DNA from: Gammaproteobacteria bacterium
GTDB taxonomy: Bacteria; Pseudomonadota; Gammaproteobacteria; JACCYU01
DNA: 64,000 nt
Direction of reading: 5' to 3'
Assembly (NCBI GenBank): GCA_050740315.1
Contig: JBOIDC010000011.1
Coordinates: 1,110-65,109 of the forward strand
This document shows, piece by piece, positions 23,623 through 33,213 of this stretch. The notes beneath the pieces are model-generated. The model saw nothing but the letters and a program-made list of their open reading frames with translations. It did not search any database and had not been told where the DNA came from. Both the position numbers and the translations under genes were made by a program. Position 1 is the stretch's first letter; every line of letters starts with the position of its first letter.

Positions 23623-23772
23623 GGCAAGTCCCCTTTGACAAGCGGTGCGCGTGACGCGCGCCGATCGATAGAAACGACAGATCCCGCCGGTGACAGACGA
23701 GAATATAATGTAGGTGTAACCCGTGTGACCGCTTGACCGCGCGTTATGTTCCATGGCGCCAGACCAGGCGCA

Positions 23773-24552
23773 CTAGAACGCCTGATATGAAAAACGATCG
23801 GTGCGTATCACATTGCCCTGCGTATCGGTGACGACCACTCGCCACTCGCCCGGCATGGCCGGGGGCAGGTTTTCGCTGGAATAGATGGGCGAGCTTTCCG
23901 CGGCAACGTCAAACGAGGTTTCGGCCACGACTTCGCCCTCGTGTTCCCAGCGGTGAGTCACCGTCTCCCCCTGCATATTCTCGATCTCGGTAAAATAATA
24001 AAGTCTCTCCAAGGGCCGCCCGTCCAGCGAAAAGACCTGGCCGTCTGTGGAAAACACCGAGCGGACGCTGTTGACAGGTTCGCTTCCGTCGATGCCCGTG
24101 GTGAACTGTGCCCGCGACACCTGGCCCGGCGATGCGTCGTCGGTCCCGCCGGGGTTTGACTCCAATGCCGCGAGGTCGGCCGTATCGCGGTCGGCGCTGT
24201 CCGCACCTTCGATCGGCGTTTCGGCTTCAGTCGACCGAGCCTCGGCAAGCGGGCGTTTCGAGTCCGAACGACCCGGCGGCGTCGCTTGCGCTGATGCGTC
24301 GCGGTTGCCGGTCTCGCCCGCGTCCGCTTCCTCGCGCCGCGCCAGCCGCGCGCGCTGGTCAGCCACCTTGCCGGGCTGCTCGGCGGCGGATTCCTGCGAC
24401 CGCGCTTGCACGCCCGAGCCAGGGCCGGACGACCGGTCGCTGCTTATGGCGGTGATGAGGAGCAGGCCCGCAGACAAGGCGATCGCGCCGATCGCGATGC
24501 GATCGGTCAGGGACCGGGCTGCCCGGCGCGTCCGGCGTTTGCGGCGTCTCAT
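23773..24552 (-). CDS. DUF2914 domain membrane-anchored protein, paralogue B, in tandem with A.
   Basis: Start MRRRKRRTRRAARS, then a TM segment and a disordered acidic linker. The C-terminal domain is about 60% identical to paralogue A (VTHRWEHEGEVVAETSFD...GEWRVVVTDTQGNVIR). Confidence 0.55.
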   Translation of the reverse strand: MRRRKRRTRRAARSLTDRIAIGAIALSAGLLLITAISSDRSSGPGSGVQARSQESAAEQPGKVADQRARLARREEADAGETGNRDASAQATPPGRSDSKRPLAEARSTEAETPIEGADSADRDTADLAALESNPGGTDDASPGQVSRAQFTTGIDGSEPVNSVRSVFSTDGQVFSLDGRPLERLYYFTEIENMQGETVTHRWEHEGEVVAETSFDVAAESSPIYSSENLPPAMPGEWRVVVTDTQGNVIRTDRFSYQAF

Positions 24553-24725
24553 TTCGTTGTCCCTCTCGGGCTGTTCGAGAAATGCTGAACAGCGTCCTTG
24601 TGAATTTGTATGCGACCGTGGTGGCACACGGCTACGTCCAATTATTTTACCTCAACCAAAGCCCCGGCTATCAACCCTCCGGTTTGGCGCTGAATTTGCG
24701 TTGGTGGCGCTCCGGAGTTCGGCGC

Positions 24726-25475
24726 CTACGCATCTTCGCGTGTGTAGCGCTCGTGCAACTGCACCGGCTCGGCCTTGCGTTTGCGCAGGCGCATGTTCAA
24801 CATTTCCACGATGACCGAGAACGCCATCGCGAAGTAGATATAGCCCTTGGGCACGTGATGGCCCAGACCGTCGGCAATCAGCACGGCGCCAATCATGAAC
24901 AGGAACGACAAGGCCAGCATCTTTATGGTCGGATGCGCCGACACGAAGCGCCCGATCGGCCCCGCGGCCACCATCATCAGGCTTACCGAGGCGATGACCG
25001 CCGCGACCATGATCGCGATTTCGTTGACCATGCCGACGGCGGTGATGATGGAGTCGATGGAAAACACTGTGTCGATGATGAGGATCTGCACGATCACGGA
25101 GGCGAACGTGGCGGAAACCCTGGCCGAACCTTCGCCTTCCTCACCCTCCAGCAACTGATGCACCTCATGCGTGCTCTTGTAGAGCAGGAACAGCCCGCCG
25201 CACAGCAGAATCAGGTCGCGGCCGGAAATCTCCTGGCCGATGATCTCGAACAGCGGCGCGGTCAGCCCGATAATCCAGGACAGCAGCAGCAGCAGTCCGA
25301 TGCGCATGAACATGGCAAGCCCCAGACCGATGCGCCGCGCGAGATCGCGCTGACTTTCGGGGAGCTTGTCCGCGAGGATGGAGATGAAGACGATGTTGTC
25401 GATGCCCAGCACCAGTTCCAGCGCGGTCAGCGTGAAAAACGCGATCCAGGCGTCGGGGCTTGTCAGCAACTCCAT
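24726..25475 (-). CDS. TerC/Alx-family integral membrane protein.
   Basis: LVLGIDNIVFISILA...IDTVFSIDSIITAVGMV... Confidence 0.8.
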   Translation of the reverse strand: MELLTSPDAWIAFFTLTALELVLGIDNIVFISILADKLPESQRDLARRIGLGLAMFMRIGLLLLLSWIIGLTAPLFEIIGQEISGRDLILLCGGLFLLYKSTHEVHQLLEGEEGEGSARVSATFASVIVQILIIDTVFSIDSIITAVGMVNEIAIMVAAVIASVSLMMVAAGPIGRFVSAHPTIKMLALSFLFMIGAVLIADGLGHHVPKGYIYFAMAFSVIVEMLNMRLRKRKAEPVQLHERYTREDA

Positions 25476-25779
25476 AATCTATCCTCGTTTGAGTCATCAG
25501 GAAAATGCGCCGCACTCAGCGGGCGGCGATCGAATCACGGCCGCGTGTGGTGTCTGTTCTGCCGGCGCGGGTGCCGTCCCGGGGTGGGGCGCATCTTACA
25601 GCCTCGGCGGCGGCCGGTCATCAACCCCTAGGCAAAGGATCCCGCAAGTTCCGTCGATGATCGATAAGCGCGATCAGCAACGTCTTCGCACCGGAGGCTT
25701 ATGTGCGCCACGCAAACAACTGGCAAAAGGCGATTCGGCCGGAGAAATCTGAGTAAGAGCGGGATCGCTCAAGCATGCG

Positions 25780-26286
25780 CTAGCCTGCTTGCGCCGGCAG
25801 CCCTATTTCGACTACTTCGAGTTCCACATCACCGGCCGGTCGCCGCCAAGCAACCAGGTCGCCCTCGTGCGCGCCAAGCAGGGCCTTGCCCAAAGGTGAG
25901 ACCCAGCTGATGAGGTGATGCTCAACATCGGCTTCATCTTCGCCGACCAGCGTGTAGTTCGCCTCCTCTCCATCGGGCGCGGCGACCGTAACGCGGCAAC
26001 CGAACGTCACCTGTTCCGGAGCCTGCGCGGGCACCGGCACCAGCTTCGCCGATTCCACCCGCGCGGCGTAATAAGCGAGATTGCGCTCGACTTCGGCGAG
26101 GCGGTCGCGCGTGGCGATCTCCTCGCGCTCCTTCAGGTGTGACCGCTCCGCAGTCAGCTCGGCAAGACGCTGGTTCAGCAGCCTCAGGCCGCGCGGCGTG
26201 ACGTAGTTGGTGTCGGTGCTGATCGGGCGTTCGAGCGGCGCGGCGTTATCAGCGACAAGATCCTCGTTGACGAAAGCGCGGCTCAT
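25780..26286 (-). CDS. GreA/GreB-family transcription elongation factor.
   Basis: Coiled-coil N-terminal half plus an FKBP-like C-terminal domain (...VTFGCRVTV...SPLGKALLGAHEGDLV). AGGAGG lies 6 nt upstream of the ATG at 26284-26286. Confidence 0.7.
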   Translation of the reverse strand: MSRAFVNEDLVADNAAPLERPISTDTNYVTPRGLRLLNQRLAELTAERSHLKEREEIATRDRLAEVERNLAYYAARVESAKLVPVPAQAPEQVTFGCRVTVAAPDGEEANYTLVGEDEADVEHHLISWVSPLGKALLGAHEGDLVAWRRPAGDVELEVVEIGLPAQAG

Positions 26287-26428
26287 ATCAACCTCCTGTT
26301 GAGTCATTAATACGCAGGGCCCTCCGGGCGGCGGTTTGAAGGCAAAACTTAAGTCCGGTGTCAGTCTAGCGCGTTTCGCGCCTGGCCCCAATCAGTGAGG
26401 TCGACGGGGCGGCGCCGATCGATCAGCG

Positions 26429-27625
26429 TCACTCTTCAGCGGGAGTCGCCGTGTTCGTTTGGCGCAGGCCTTGCCTGCTACACATCTTGCTCAGCGCCTC
26501 CAGCAGTGTGTCGATATGCGCCTGGGTATGCGCCGCCGAGAGCGTGATGCGCAGGCGCGCGCTGCCTGTGGGCACGGTGGGCGGGCGGATGGCGGTGATG
26601 AGCAGGCCTCGAGCGAATAGCGCGTCGCTGATTGCCGTGGCTCTCGCGGCGTCGCCGATGATCAGCGGCTGGATAGGCGTGTGGCTTTGCGTTAACGGCA
26701 AGCTCAGCGTTTGCGCGCCGTCTCGGAAGCGTTCGATCAGACTGCGCAGTTTGTCTCTGCGCCACGTTTCCTGCTGTACCACACGCAGCGCCGCGCGTGC
26801 CGCCTCGGCCACCGCGGGCGGCGGGGCGGTGGTGTAGATGTACGTGCGCGCGCTCTGAATGAGCGTCTCGATCAGCGCCTCGCCACCGGCCACGAACGCG
26901 CCGAAGACGCCGAACGCCTTGCCCAGCGTGCCCATCAGTATCGGCACGCGCCGGTTCCCAACGCCCAGATGCTCCAAGGTGCCGCGCCCGCGGTCGCCCA
27001 GCACGCCCAGGCCGTGCGCGTCATCGACCATCAGCCAGGCATCGTGTTCATCGGCGACGTTCGCGAGGGCGTCAAGCGGCGCCGTGTCGCCGTCCATGCT
27101 GAAAACGCCGTCGGTCGCGATCAATTTTTCACCACTCGCACGGGTCGCAAGCTTGCGGCTCAAGCGCTGAGTATCGCGGTGCGGATAACGCACAAGACGC
27201 GCGCCGGACAGCAATCCGGCGTCCAGCAGCGAGGCGTGGTTGAAGCGATCCTGAAAAATCGCGTCGCCGCGCCCGACCAGCGCCGAGATCACGCCCAGGT
27301 TCGCCATGTAGCCGGTCGAGAAAAGCAACGCGCGCGCGCGGCCGGTGTATGTGGCAAGTTCTTCTTCCAGCGCGTGATGCGCGCGAGAGTGGCCGTTGAC
27401 CAAATGTGCCGCGCCGCTGCCCACACCGTACTCATCGGCCGCCTTTTTGAACGCGGCGACGACCTCGGCATGATTGGCCAGCCCCAGATAATCGTTGCTG
27501 CAAAACGACAGCACCCGTTTGCCGTCGATGAACTGCTCCGGCCCTTGCGGCCCCTCGGCGATGCGCCGGGCGCGGTAAAGCCCAACCGTGCGGCGCCGCT
27601 TCAGTGGGGCGTGCAAGTCTCTCAT
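26429..27625 (-). CDS. bioF: 8-amino-7-oxononanoate synthase.
   Basis: SNDYLGL...PLP-fold aminotransferase class II, with the TLGKAFG lysine motif. Confidence 0.88.
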   Translation of the reverse strand: MRDLHAPLKRRRTVGLYRARRIAEGPQGPEQFIDGKRVLSFCSNDYLGLANHAEVVAAFKKAADEYGVGSGAAHLVNGHSRAHHALEEELATYTGRARALLFSTGYMANLGVISALVGRGDAIFQDRFNHASLLDAGLLSGARLVRYPHRDTQRLSRKLATRASGEKLIATDGVFSMDGDTAPLDALANVADEHDAWLMVDDAHGLGVLGDRGRGTLEHLGVGNRRVPILMGTLGKAFGVFGAFVAGGEALIETLIQSARTYIYTTAPPPAVAEAARAALRVVQQETWRRDKLRSLIERFRDGAQTLSLPLTQSHTPIQPLIIGDAARATAISDALFARGLLITAIRPPTVPTGSARLRITLSAAHTQAHIDTLLEALSKMCSRQGLRQTNTATPAEE

Positions 27626-27678
27626 GCGGATTTCGCTTGCGCTATTGACAAAAGACGTCTGGACGTCCAGGATTCCTG

Positions 27679-28861
27679 CATGCCAAAAAATGATGCAAGA
27701 TGTTTACCGGGCCAGGTACGTGATGCCATCGTTCATGTCTTGACCGACGCTGCGAAAGCGCTGTCTGTAAAGGAAATCGAGCAACGGGTTCAGCAGATCA
27801 TCGGGCCCACGCCGAAGTCTTCTATCAGATCGTATCTCAGACTGAACACCCCTGATCTCTTCGTGCGCGAGGACAGAGGCGTGTACCGCTCGCGGCAAAG
27901 CACGCCGCCGCACAGGCAGCGTGATCTCCCCTCATTGGAGCCTGGAGAGCCGCCCTATACGCTTGGCGATGTCACCATGTTCCACGCCGATTGCTTTCAG
28001 TGGCTCGAACAACAGCCGGCAGACTCGTTTCATGCGATTGTCACTGATCCGCCTTACGGATTGCATGAATATACACCGGAACAACAGGCAAAATTGCGGG
28101 TTGGTAAGGGCGGCGTATGGAGGATCCCGCCTGCCTTTGATGGGCATAAGCGCGCCCCGCTGCCTCGTTTTACAACATTGACCGGCAACCAGATTGAGGA
28201 ATTGCGTGATTTTTTTCTGCTATGGACGCGGTCGCTGCTGCCAAAGCTTGTGCCGGGCGCACACGTGATCGTTGCCTCCAACCCTTTGATGTCGCACGTG
28301 GTCGCGTGGGCGCTGGCCGCCGGCGGCCTCGAAAGGCGCGGAGAAGTCATTCGCCTGACTATGACCATGCGCGGCGGTGATCGTCCGAAAGCCGCACACG
28401 CGGAGTTTCCGGGGGTAAGCGTCCTTCCAAGGTCGATGTGGGAGCCTTGGCTTATCTATCGGAAGCCAATAGAGGGTCGGGTTCAAGATAACTTGAGGAA
28501 ATGGAAAACCGGGGGCTTTCGGCGGCCATCACTCGTTAAACCGTTTGGCGACGTTATTCCCTCCGCGCCGACTCGGAGCTCAGAGCGGAAGCTGGCACCG
28601 CATCCAAGCCTTAAACCTCAAGCGTTTCTTCGAGAAGTAGTTCGCGCATCGCTGCCGTTGGGTGAGGGCGTAGTGTTGGATCCGTTTGCCGGCGCGGGAT
28701 CGACGCTTGCCGCCTGTCTGGCGGTCGGCTACTCGGGGGTGGGGATAGAAAAAGACGCTTACTATTTCAAGATGGCGTGCGAGTCCATTCCAAGGCTTGC
28801 CGCGTACAAAGGAAACGGCTCCGCTAAAGCTTATACAGCCAATTCTCTCGAAGTCTTCTAA
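27679..28861 (+). CDS. DNA methyltransferase, beta-class (motif IV DPPY precedes motif I), probably N6-adenine, with an N-terminal ~95-aa extension.
   Basis: AIVTDPPYGL comes N-terminal to DPFAGAGSTLAA (FxGxG). The true start is the ATG at 27679 (MPKNDARCLPGQ). The 26711..27678 part of the track ORF is bioF antisense. AT-richer than the bio genes. Confidence 0.8.
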
Positions 28862-29447
28862 TTCCTTCCTTGTGCAGTGTTGCGGTCCTTGTGCCAAGCT
28901 CGCCGCGGGCGTTCTTTCGGAAATCTTCCGTTGCTACCCGGCCCAAATAGACTTCCGTAAATGCCATCGGCAGCCGGTTGGATGCAGGCTCAGTCTCCAG
29001 GTCGATCTGATAAACAAATACGCACATCCACTGGTTGCGCGCGCCGTGTGTATCGACCGCGCCGCCACGCTTCCTCGTGGTCTTGATTTCGATACCCTCC
29101 GTGCCGGCCTTGGCAGCATTGCCGGGATAGATGCCTTGCACAACGAGATCGGGATGTCCATTGAAGTAAGTATTCTCCGTCAGCGCTCGCGCGTGTTTGG
29201 CTAAGCTTGCAGTGAGCATGTCAGATAACACACCAGACATAATCGCGGGACGCAGCATGTCGTCCAGACGCTGCAATCCCTTGCCGGTTAAATGGCTGTT
29301 CACGTCGAAGAAGAAGTGGTATGCGTCCTGCAGCGCAAGCTGGAAATCCTCCAGCCGCAGTTCATACGGCAACGTCAACGCGCGATTGAAAGCTTTATGC
29401 CTGACAGTGTTTCTTACAATCGGCATGTGTTCCGCTGTGATCGGCAC
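28824..29447 (-). CDS. Putative Type II restriction endonuclease (PD-(D/E)xK), about 208 aa. The start is uncertain (GTG at 29447, ATG at 29426, or TTG at 29456).
   Basis: ...NGHPDLVVQGIYPGNAAKAGTEGIEIKTTRK has PD, 19 aa, then ExK. It converges on the methyltransferase with a ~38-nt 3' overlap and immediately follows ecsC on the same strand. Confidence 0.55.
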   Translation of the reverse strand: MPITAEHMPIVRNTVRHKAFNRALTLPYELRLEDFQLALQDAYHFFFDVNSHLTGKGLQRLDDMLRPAIMSGVLSDMLTASLAKHARALTENTYFNGHPDLVVQGIYPGNAAKAGTEGIEIKTTRKRGGAVDTHGARNQWMCVFVYQIDLETEPASNRLPMAFTEVYLGRVATEDFRKNARGELGTRTATLHKEGIRRLRENWLYKL

Positions 29448-29452
29448 TAACG

Positions 29453-30232
29453 TCAAAATCGCTCGTACGTCGTTCTGACCGTAGCTCGATCGTATTTCCG
29501 TTCCAGGCGCCGGATCATGAAATGTCCGCGCGCGATATCCTGATAGTGGTCGATGAACAGCACGTTGACGACCGCGCCGCCCGCGGCGCCGATAATGGGC
29601 AAGGCCTGCGCCGCCACCTTTTCGGACACCACCATGCCGAAGCGGGACGCGATCTGCGTGATGAACCGCACCAGCGCGGGCGCGCCCTGTCGCGCGACGC
29701 CTTTTCGCGCGATGTGCTGCGCCGCTTCCGCCAGCACCTGTTGCAGTGCGGCGCGCACCGCGAAATAGCCCGTCTCGGTGGCGTCGTCTGACGTTGTGCG
29801 GCCGCCAAGGGCAAAGACCTCGATGCAGGCAAGCATGGATTCCGGTGTCCCGATCAGTTCGCCCTCACTGCGCGCGACATCCGCGATTGACCGCAGCATC
29901 ACGACTGTGGAAATCGGCAGTTCCACCGGCAGGCCGGCCAGCCCGAACGCACCGCCGCCCGCGCCGGTGCCCGCCACGACGAGCTTGTGCAAGAGATTGG
30001 ACGGCGGCCGCAACGCGCGCCGATTCAGGCTCGTGACCGCAAGCCGCAACGCCTTTTCAAGCGCCACGCGCGTCGAGTGATTGACGATCTCCGCGGCCGA
30101 AGCAGGCAATAATTTGAGTCCCTGTTCGATCGGCGTGCCCAGCGCGTTCGCGATCCTGGCGGCCAGGCTCGGATTTTCGAGCAGGGCCCGGGCATCCCGC
30201 AGCGTTTCCAGATCTTCGTCGGACAGGATCAC
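29453..30232 (-). CDS. EcsC-family protein.
   Basis: ...GAGGGAFGLAGLPVELPISTVVMLRSIADVARSEGE... resembles the EcsC family. Its stop lies 1-6 nt from the nuclease start. Confidence 0.55.
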   Translation of the reverse strand: MILSDEDLETLRDARALLENPSLAARIANALGTPIEQGLKLLPASAAEIVNHSTRVALEKALRLAVTSLNRRALRPPSNLLHKLVVAGTGAGGGAFGLAGLPVELPISTVVMLRSIADVARSEGELIGTPESMLACIEVFALGGRTTSDDATETGYFAVRAALQQVLAEAAQHIARKGVARQGAPALVRFITQIASRFGMVVSEKVAAQALPIIGAAGGAVVNVLFIDHYQDIARGHFMIRRLERKYDRATVRTTYERF

Positions 30233-30325
30233 TGCGGAAACCTTCCTAGTCCCTTACCCATTGGTCGGCGGGCGAGTGTGCAGCGCGAACGTCAGGGCGG
30301 CCGCGCAAGATGTACGCCGCGGCGT

Positions 30326-31405
30326 CTATGGAAGCCTTGCGGCCGGCGATGCTGGGCCGCTCGGGCGCGCATCTGTGGCGCCGGCATTCAACGGTTTAAG
30401 GCCCAGACGCTCGAGTAATCGTTCGTCGTCGTGCATCTCCGGGTTCGCCGTAGTGAGCAGTTTCTCGCCGTAGAAAATCGAATTGGCGCCCGCGAAAAAA
30501 CACAGCGCCTGCTGCTCGTCGCTCATGCTCGTGCGCCCGGCCGAAAGCCGCACCATGGACTGCGGCATAAGGATGCGCGTCGTCGCGATGGTGCGCACGA
30601 ACTCGAGCGGATCGAAACTTGCGGCGTTATGAAGCGGTGTGCCCGCGACCCGCACCAGCAGGTTGATCGGTACCGATTCAGGATGCGTTGGCAGATTGGC
30701 GAGCTGCCGCAGCAACCCGGCGCGATCGCGGCGCGATTCGCCCATGCCTAAAATTCCACCGCTGCAGACGCTTATCCCGGCATCGCGCACGTGCGCCAGC
30801 GTGTCCAGCCGATCCTGATACACGCGCGTGGTGATGACATTGCCGTAGAATTCCGGCGAGGTGTCCAGGTTATGATTGTAAAAATCCAGTCCCGCCGCCC
30901 GCAGCCGCTGCGCCTGCGCATCGGTCAGCATGCCTAGGGTTGCGCAGGTCTCCAGCCCCAGCATCTTGACCGCGCGGATCATCTCGATCACCTTATCGAG
31001 TTGCCTGTCGGTCGGATTGCGCCAGGCCGCACCCATGCAGAAGCGCGACGCGCCGCCGGCTTTGGCCGTCTTCGCGCTCGCGACAACGTCGTTCAGCGGC
31101 AGCAGGGGCTCGCGCTCGAGCGCGGTATGGTAGCGCGCGCTCTGTGGACAATAGCCGCAGTCTTCCGGGCAGGCGCCGGTCTTGATTGACAGCAGCGTGC
31201 TGATTTGTATGGCGTTGGGGTCGTGATACTCGCGGTGGATGGCGTGCGCGGTGAACAGCAGATCGTTGAAGGGCAATGCAAGCCACGCCTCGATCTCGTC
31301 CACCCGCCAGTCGTGGCGGATGGCAGGCTGACCGGGCGCCGTCTGAACGGACATGGGCTGGCTCATCGGGTCCTCTGGGGGTGATTTTAAAGGCGATGTC
31401 GTCAC
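30326..31405 (-). CDS. bioB: Biotin synthase. The start may be the internal ATG at 31366 (MSQPMS...).
   Basis: [16 protein letters not shown] (radical-SAM CxxxCxxC) ...[12 protein letters not shown]... Confidence 0.92.
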   Translation of the reverse strand: MTTSPLKSPPEDPMSQPMSVQTAPGQPAIRHDWRVDEIEAWLALPFNDLLFTAHAIHREYHDPNAIQISTLLSIKTGACPEDCGYCPQSARYHTALEREPLLPLNDVVASAKTAKAGGASRFCMGAAWRNPTDRQLDKVIEMIRAVKMLGLETCATLGMLTDAQAQRLRAAGLDFYNHNLDTSPEFYGNVITTRVYQDRLDTLAHVRDAGISVCSGGILGMGESRRDRAGLLRQLANLPTHPESVPINLLVRVAGTPLHNAASFDPLEFVRTIATTRILMPQSMVRLSAGRTSMSDEQQALCFFAGANSIFYGEKLLTTANPEMHDDERLLERLGLKPLNAGATDARPSGPASPAARLP

Positions 31406-31481
31406 GATGGTTGCACGTCAAGCACGCGGCAAGCAGCGCCAGTCTATCCGGCGCGGCAACGCTGTCAACCGAAGGCGCTTT

Positions 31482-32178
31482 GATGGCTTATCGATGGATG
31501 CGCGATTTGCGCGCATTCGCTTATCCCCCGACCTGCGTGTTGTGCGAGGCGCGGGGGCACGATGATCTCGATCTGTGCGCGGACTGCGCCGACGAGCTGC
31601 CGCGGTTGGGCTACACCTGCGCGCGCTGCGCCCTGCCGGTTGCATCACCGGATGTATTGGTCTGCGGCGCCTGCCAGCAACGGCCGCCTGCTTTCGATAA
31701 GGCGATGGCCTTGTATCATTACCAGCCGCCGGTGAGCTATCTGATCCACCAGCTCAAGTTCCACGGCCGGCTCCTGCACGCGCGGCTGCTGGGACATCTG
31801 CTGGCCGAGCATCTGTCCGCGAGCGCACGACCGGAATGTATCGTGCCGGTGCCCCTGCATCCGCGCCGCATCCGTGGCCGCGGCTTCAATCAGGCAGTGG
31901 AACTCGCCCGCCATATCGGGCGTCGTCTGCGCGTTCCGGTGGATGCCAGGTGCGTACGGCGGAACAGACATACCGATCCGCAGATGGAATTGCCGGCAAA
32001 GGCGCGGCGCAAGAACATCCGCGGCGCCTTCGAGATCGCGGCCGGCTTCAACGCGCGCCACGTGGCGATCCTGGACGACGTGATCACCACCGGTGCCACC
32101 GCCCATGAATTGGCGCGGGTCTTAAGGCGGGCGGGCGCGGAGCGCATCGAGGTGTGGAGCATTGCGCGCGTGGCCTAG
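31482..32178 (+). CDS. comF: ComF family protein (phosphoribosyltransferase-like).
   Basis: Zinc-ribbon cysteines (CxxC...CxxC), then a PRTase motif [13 protein letters not shown]. Confidence 0.8.
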
Positions 32179-33068
32179 CCGAATCGATAGTCCAGCACGA
32201 TGCCGGCGAACACGGTCAGCCCGAACCAGTTATTGTTGAGAAAGGCGCGAAAGCAGCGTGAAGGCTCGCGGCCGGCAATCAATGCTTGTTGATAGATCGC
32301 GAAGCCCGTCGCGGCGAGCAGGCCCAGATAGTAATAAACCCCCAGGCCCGCCTGGCGGCCGATCAGGATCAGGTCCAGGATCAACGCGAGCTGGATCAGG
32401 CCGATGATCGCGCGATCCGCGCGGCCGAACAGGATCGCGGTGGATTTGACGCCGACCTTGATATCATCGTCGCGATCGGCCATCGCATACATGGTGTCGT
32501 ATACGGTGGCCCACAGCACCGCAGCGAAGAAGATAAGCCACCCGACCGGCGGCGGCAGCGCGCCGGTTTGCGCGGTGAAGGCCATCGGCACCGCCCAGCC
32601 AAACGCCGCGCCCAGATGCGCCTGCGGCAGGTAGTGGACTCGCTTCATGAACGGATAGCTGGCGGCGAGCGCTGCGCCGGGCACCGACAGCAACACGGTG
32701 AGCGGATTGGTCAGCCACACCAGCGCGAACGCGGCGAGGCTCAGCACGACGAACACGCCCAGCGCTTCGCGCGGCGAGATGCTGCCGCGTGCCAGCGGGC
32801 GATCACGCGTGCGCTCGACCCAGGGGTCGAGGTCGCGGTCGGCGAAATCGTTGATCGCGCATCCCGCCGAGCGCATGATGACCACACCCGCGATCATGAT
32901 CCACAGCACGCGCGCGTCCGGCAGTCCTTCGGCTGCGATCCACAATGCCCACAGCATCGGCCATAGCAGCAGAAATATGCCGATCGGCCGGTTCAGGCGT
33001 ACCAGCAGCGCGTATTGCCGGGCCTTGTTTGAAATCGCGCTCGGGTCAATGGCGGCGTGTTTATCCAT
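32175..33068 (-). CDS. ubiA: 4-hydroxybenzoate octaprenyltransferase.
   Basis: UbiA prenyltransferase motifs NDFADRDLD and [13 protein letters not shown]. Confidence 0.9.
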   Translation of the reverse strand: MDKHAAIDPSAISNKARQYALLVRLNRPIGIFLLLWPMLWALWIAAEGLPDARVLWIMIAGVVIMRSAGCAINDFADRDLDPWVERTRDRPLARGSISPREALGVFVVLSLAAFALVWLTNPLTVLLSVPGAALAASYPFMKRVHYLPQAHLGAAFGWAVPMAFTAQTGALPPPVGWLIFFAAVLWATVYDTMYAMADRDDDIKVGVKSTAILFGRADRAIIGLIQLALILDLILIGRQAGLGVYYYLGLLAATGFAIYQQALIAGREPSRCFRAFLNNNWFGLTVFAGIVLDYRFG

Positions 33069-33213
33069 TGGATGCAGCGTGGCTTAGTAAGAGCGATGCT
33101 TTGGTCGGGACGCGCGGATCGGAAAATCGCGGTCGAGGAATCGTTTTTTTGCAATAGACGCCGATCGAGCGCGAATACGTTAGAGTGATCAGGCCGGTTA
33201 CGGTCGAGCAATT

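Noticed and set aside
25476-25779. Possible yybP-ykoY (Mn2+) riboswitch in the ~300-nt leader upstream of the TerC-family gene.
   Set aside because: TerC/Alx genes are often preceded by this riboswitch. Reading the leader on the coding strand, I could not find the conserved GGGGAGUAG L1 element or the A-rich L3 consensus. It should still be tested with Infernal/Rfam RF00080 before being dismissed completely.
31406-31481. BirA operator (bioO) in the bioB/comF divergent region.
   Set aside because: Only distant half-site-like sequences were seen (GGTTGCAC ... TGTCAACC), separated by about 45 nt instead of a compact TGTAAACC-N-GGTTTACA palindrome. No convincing operator.
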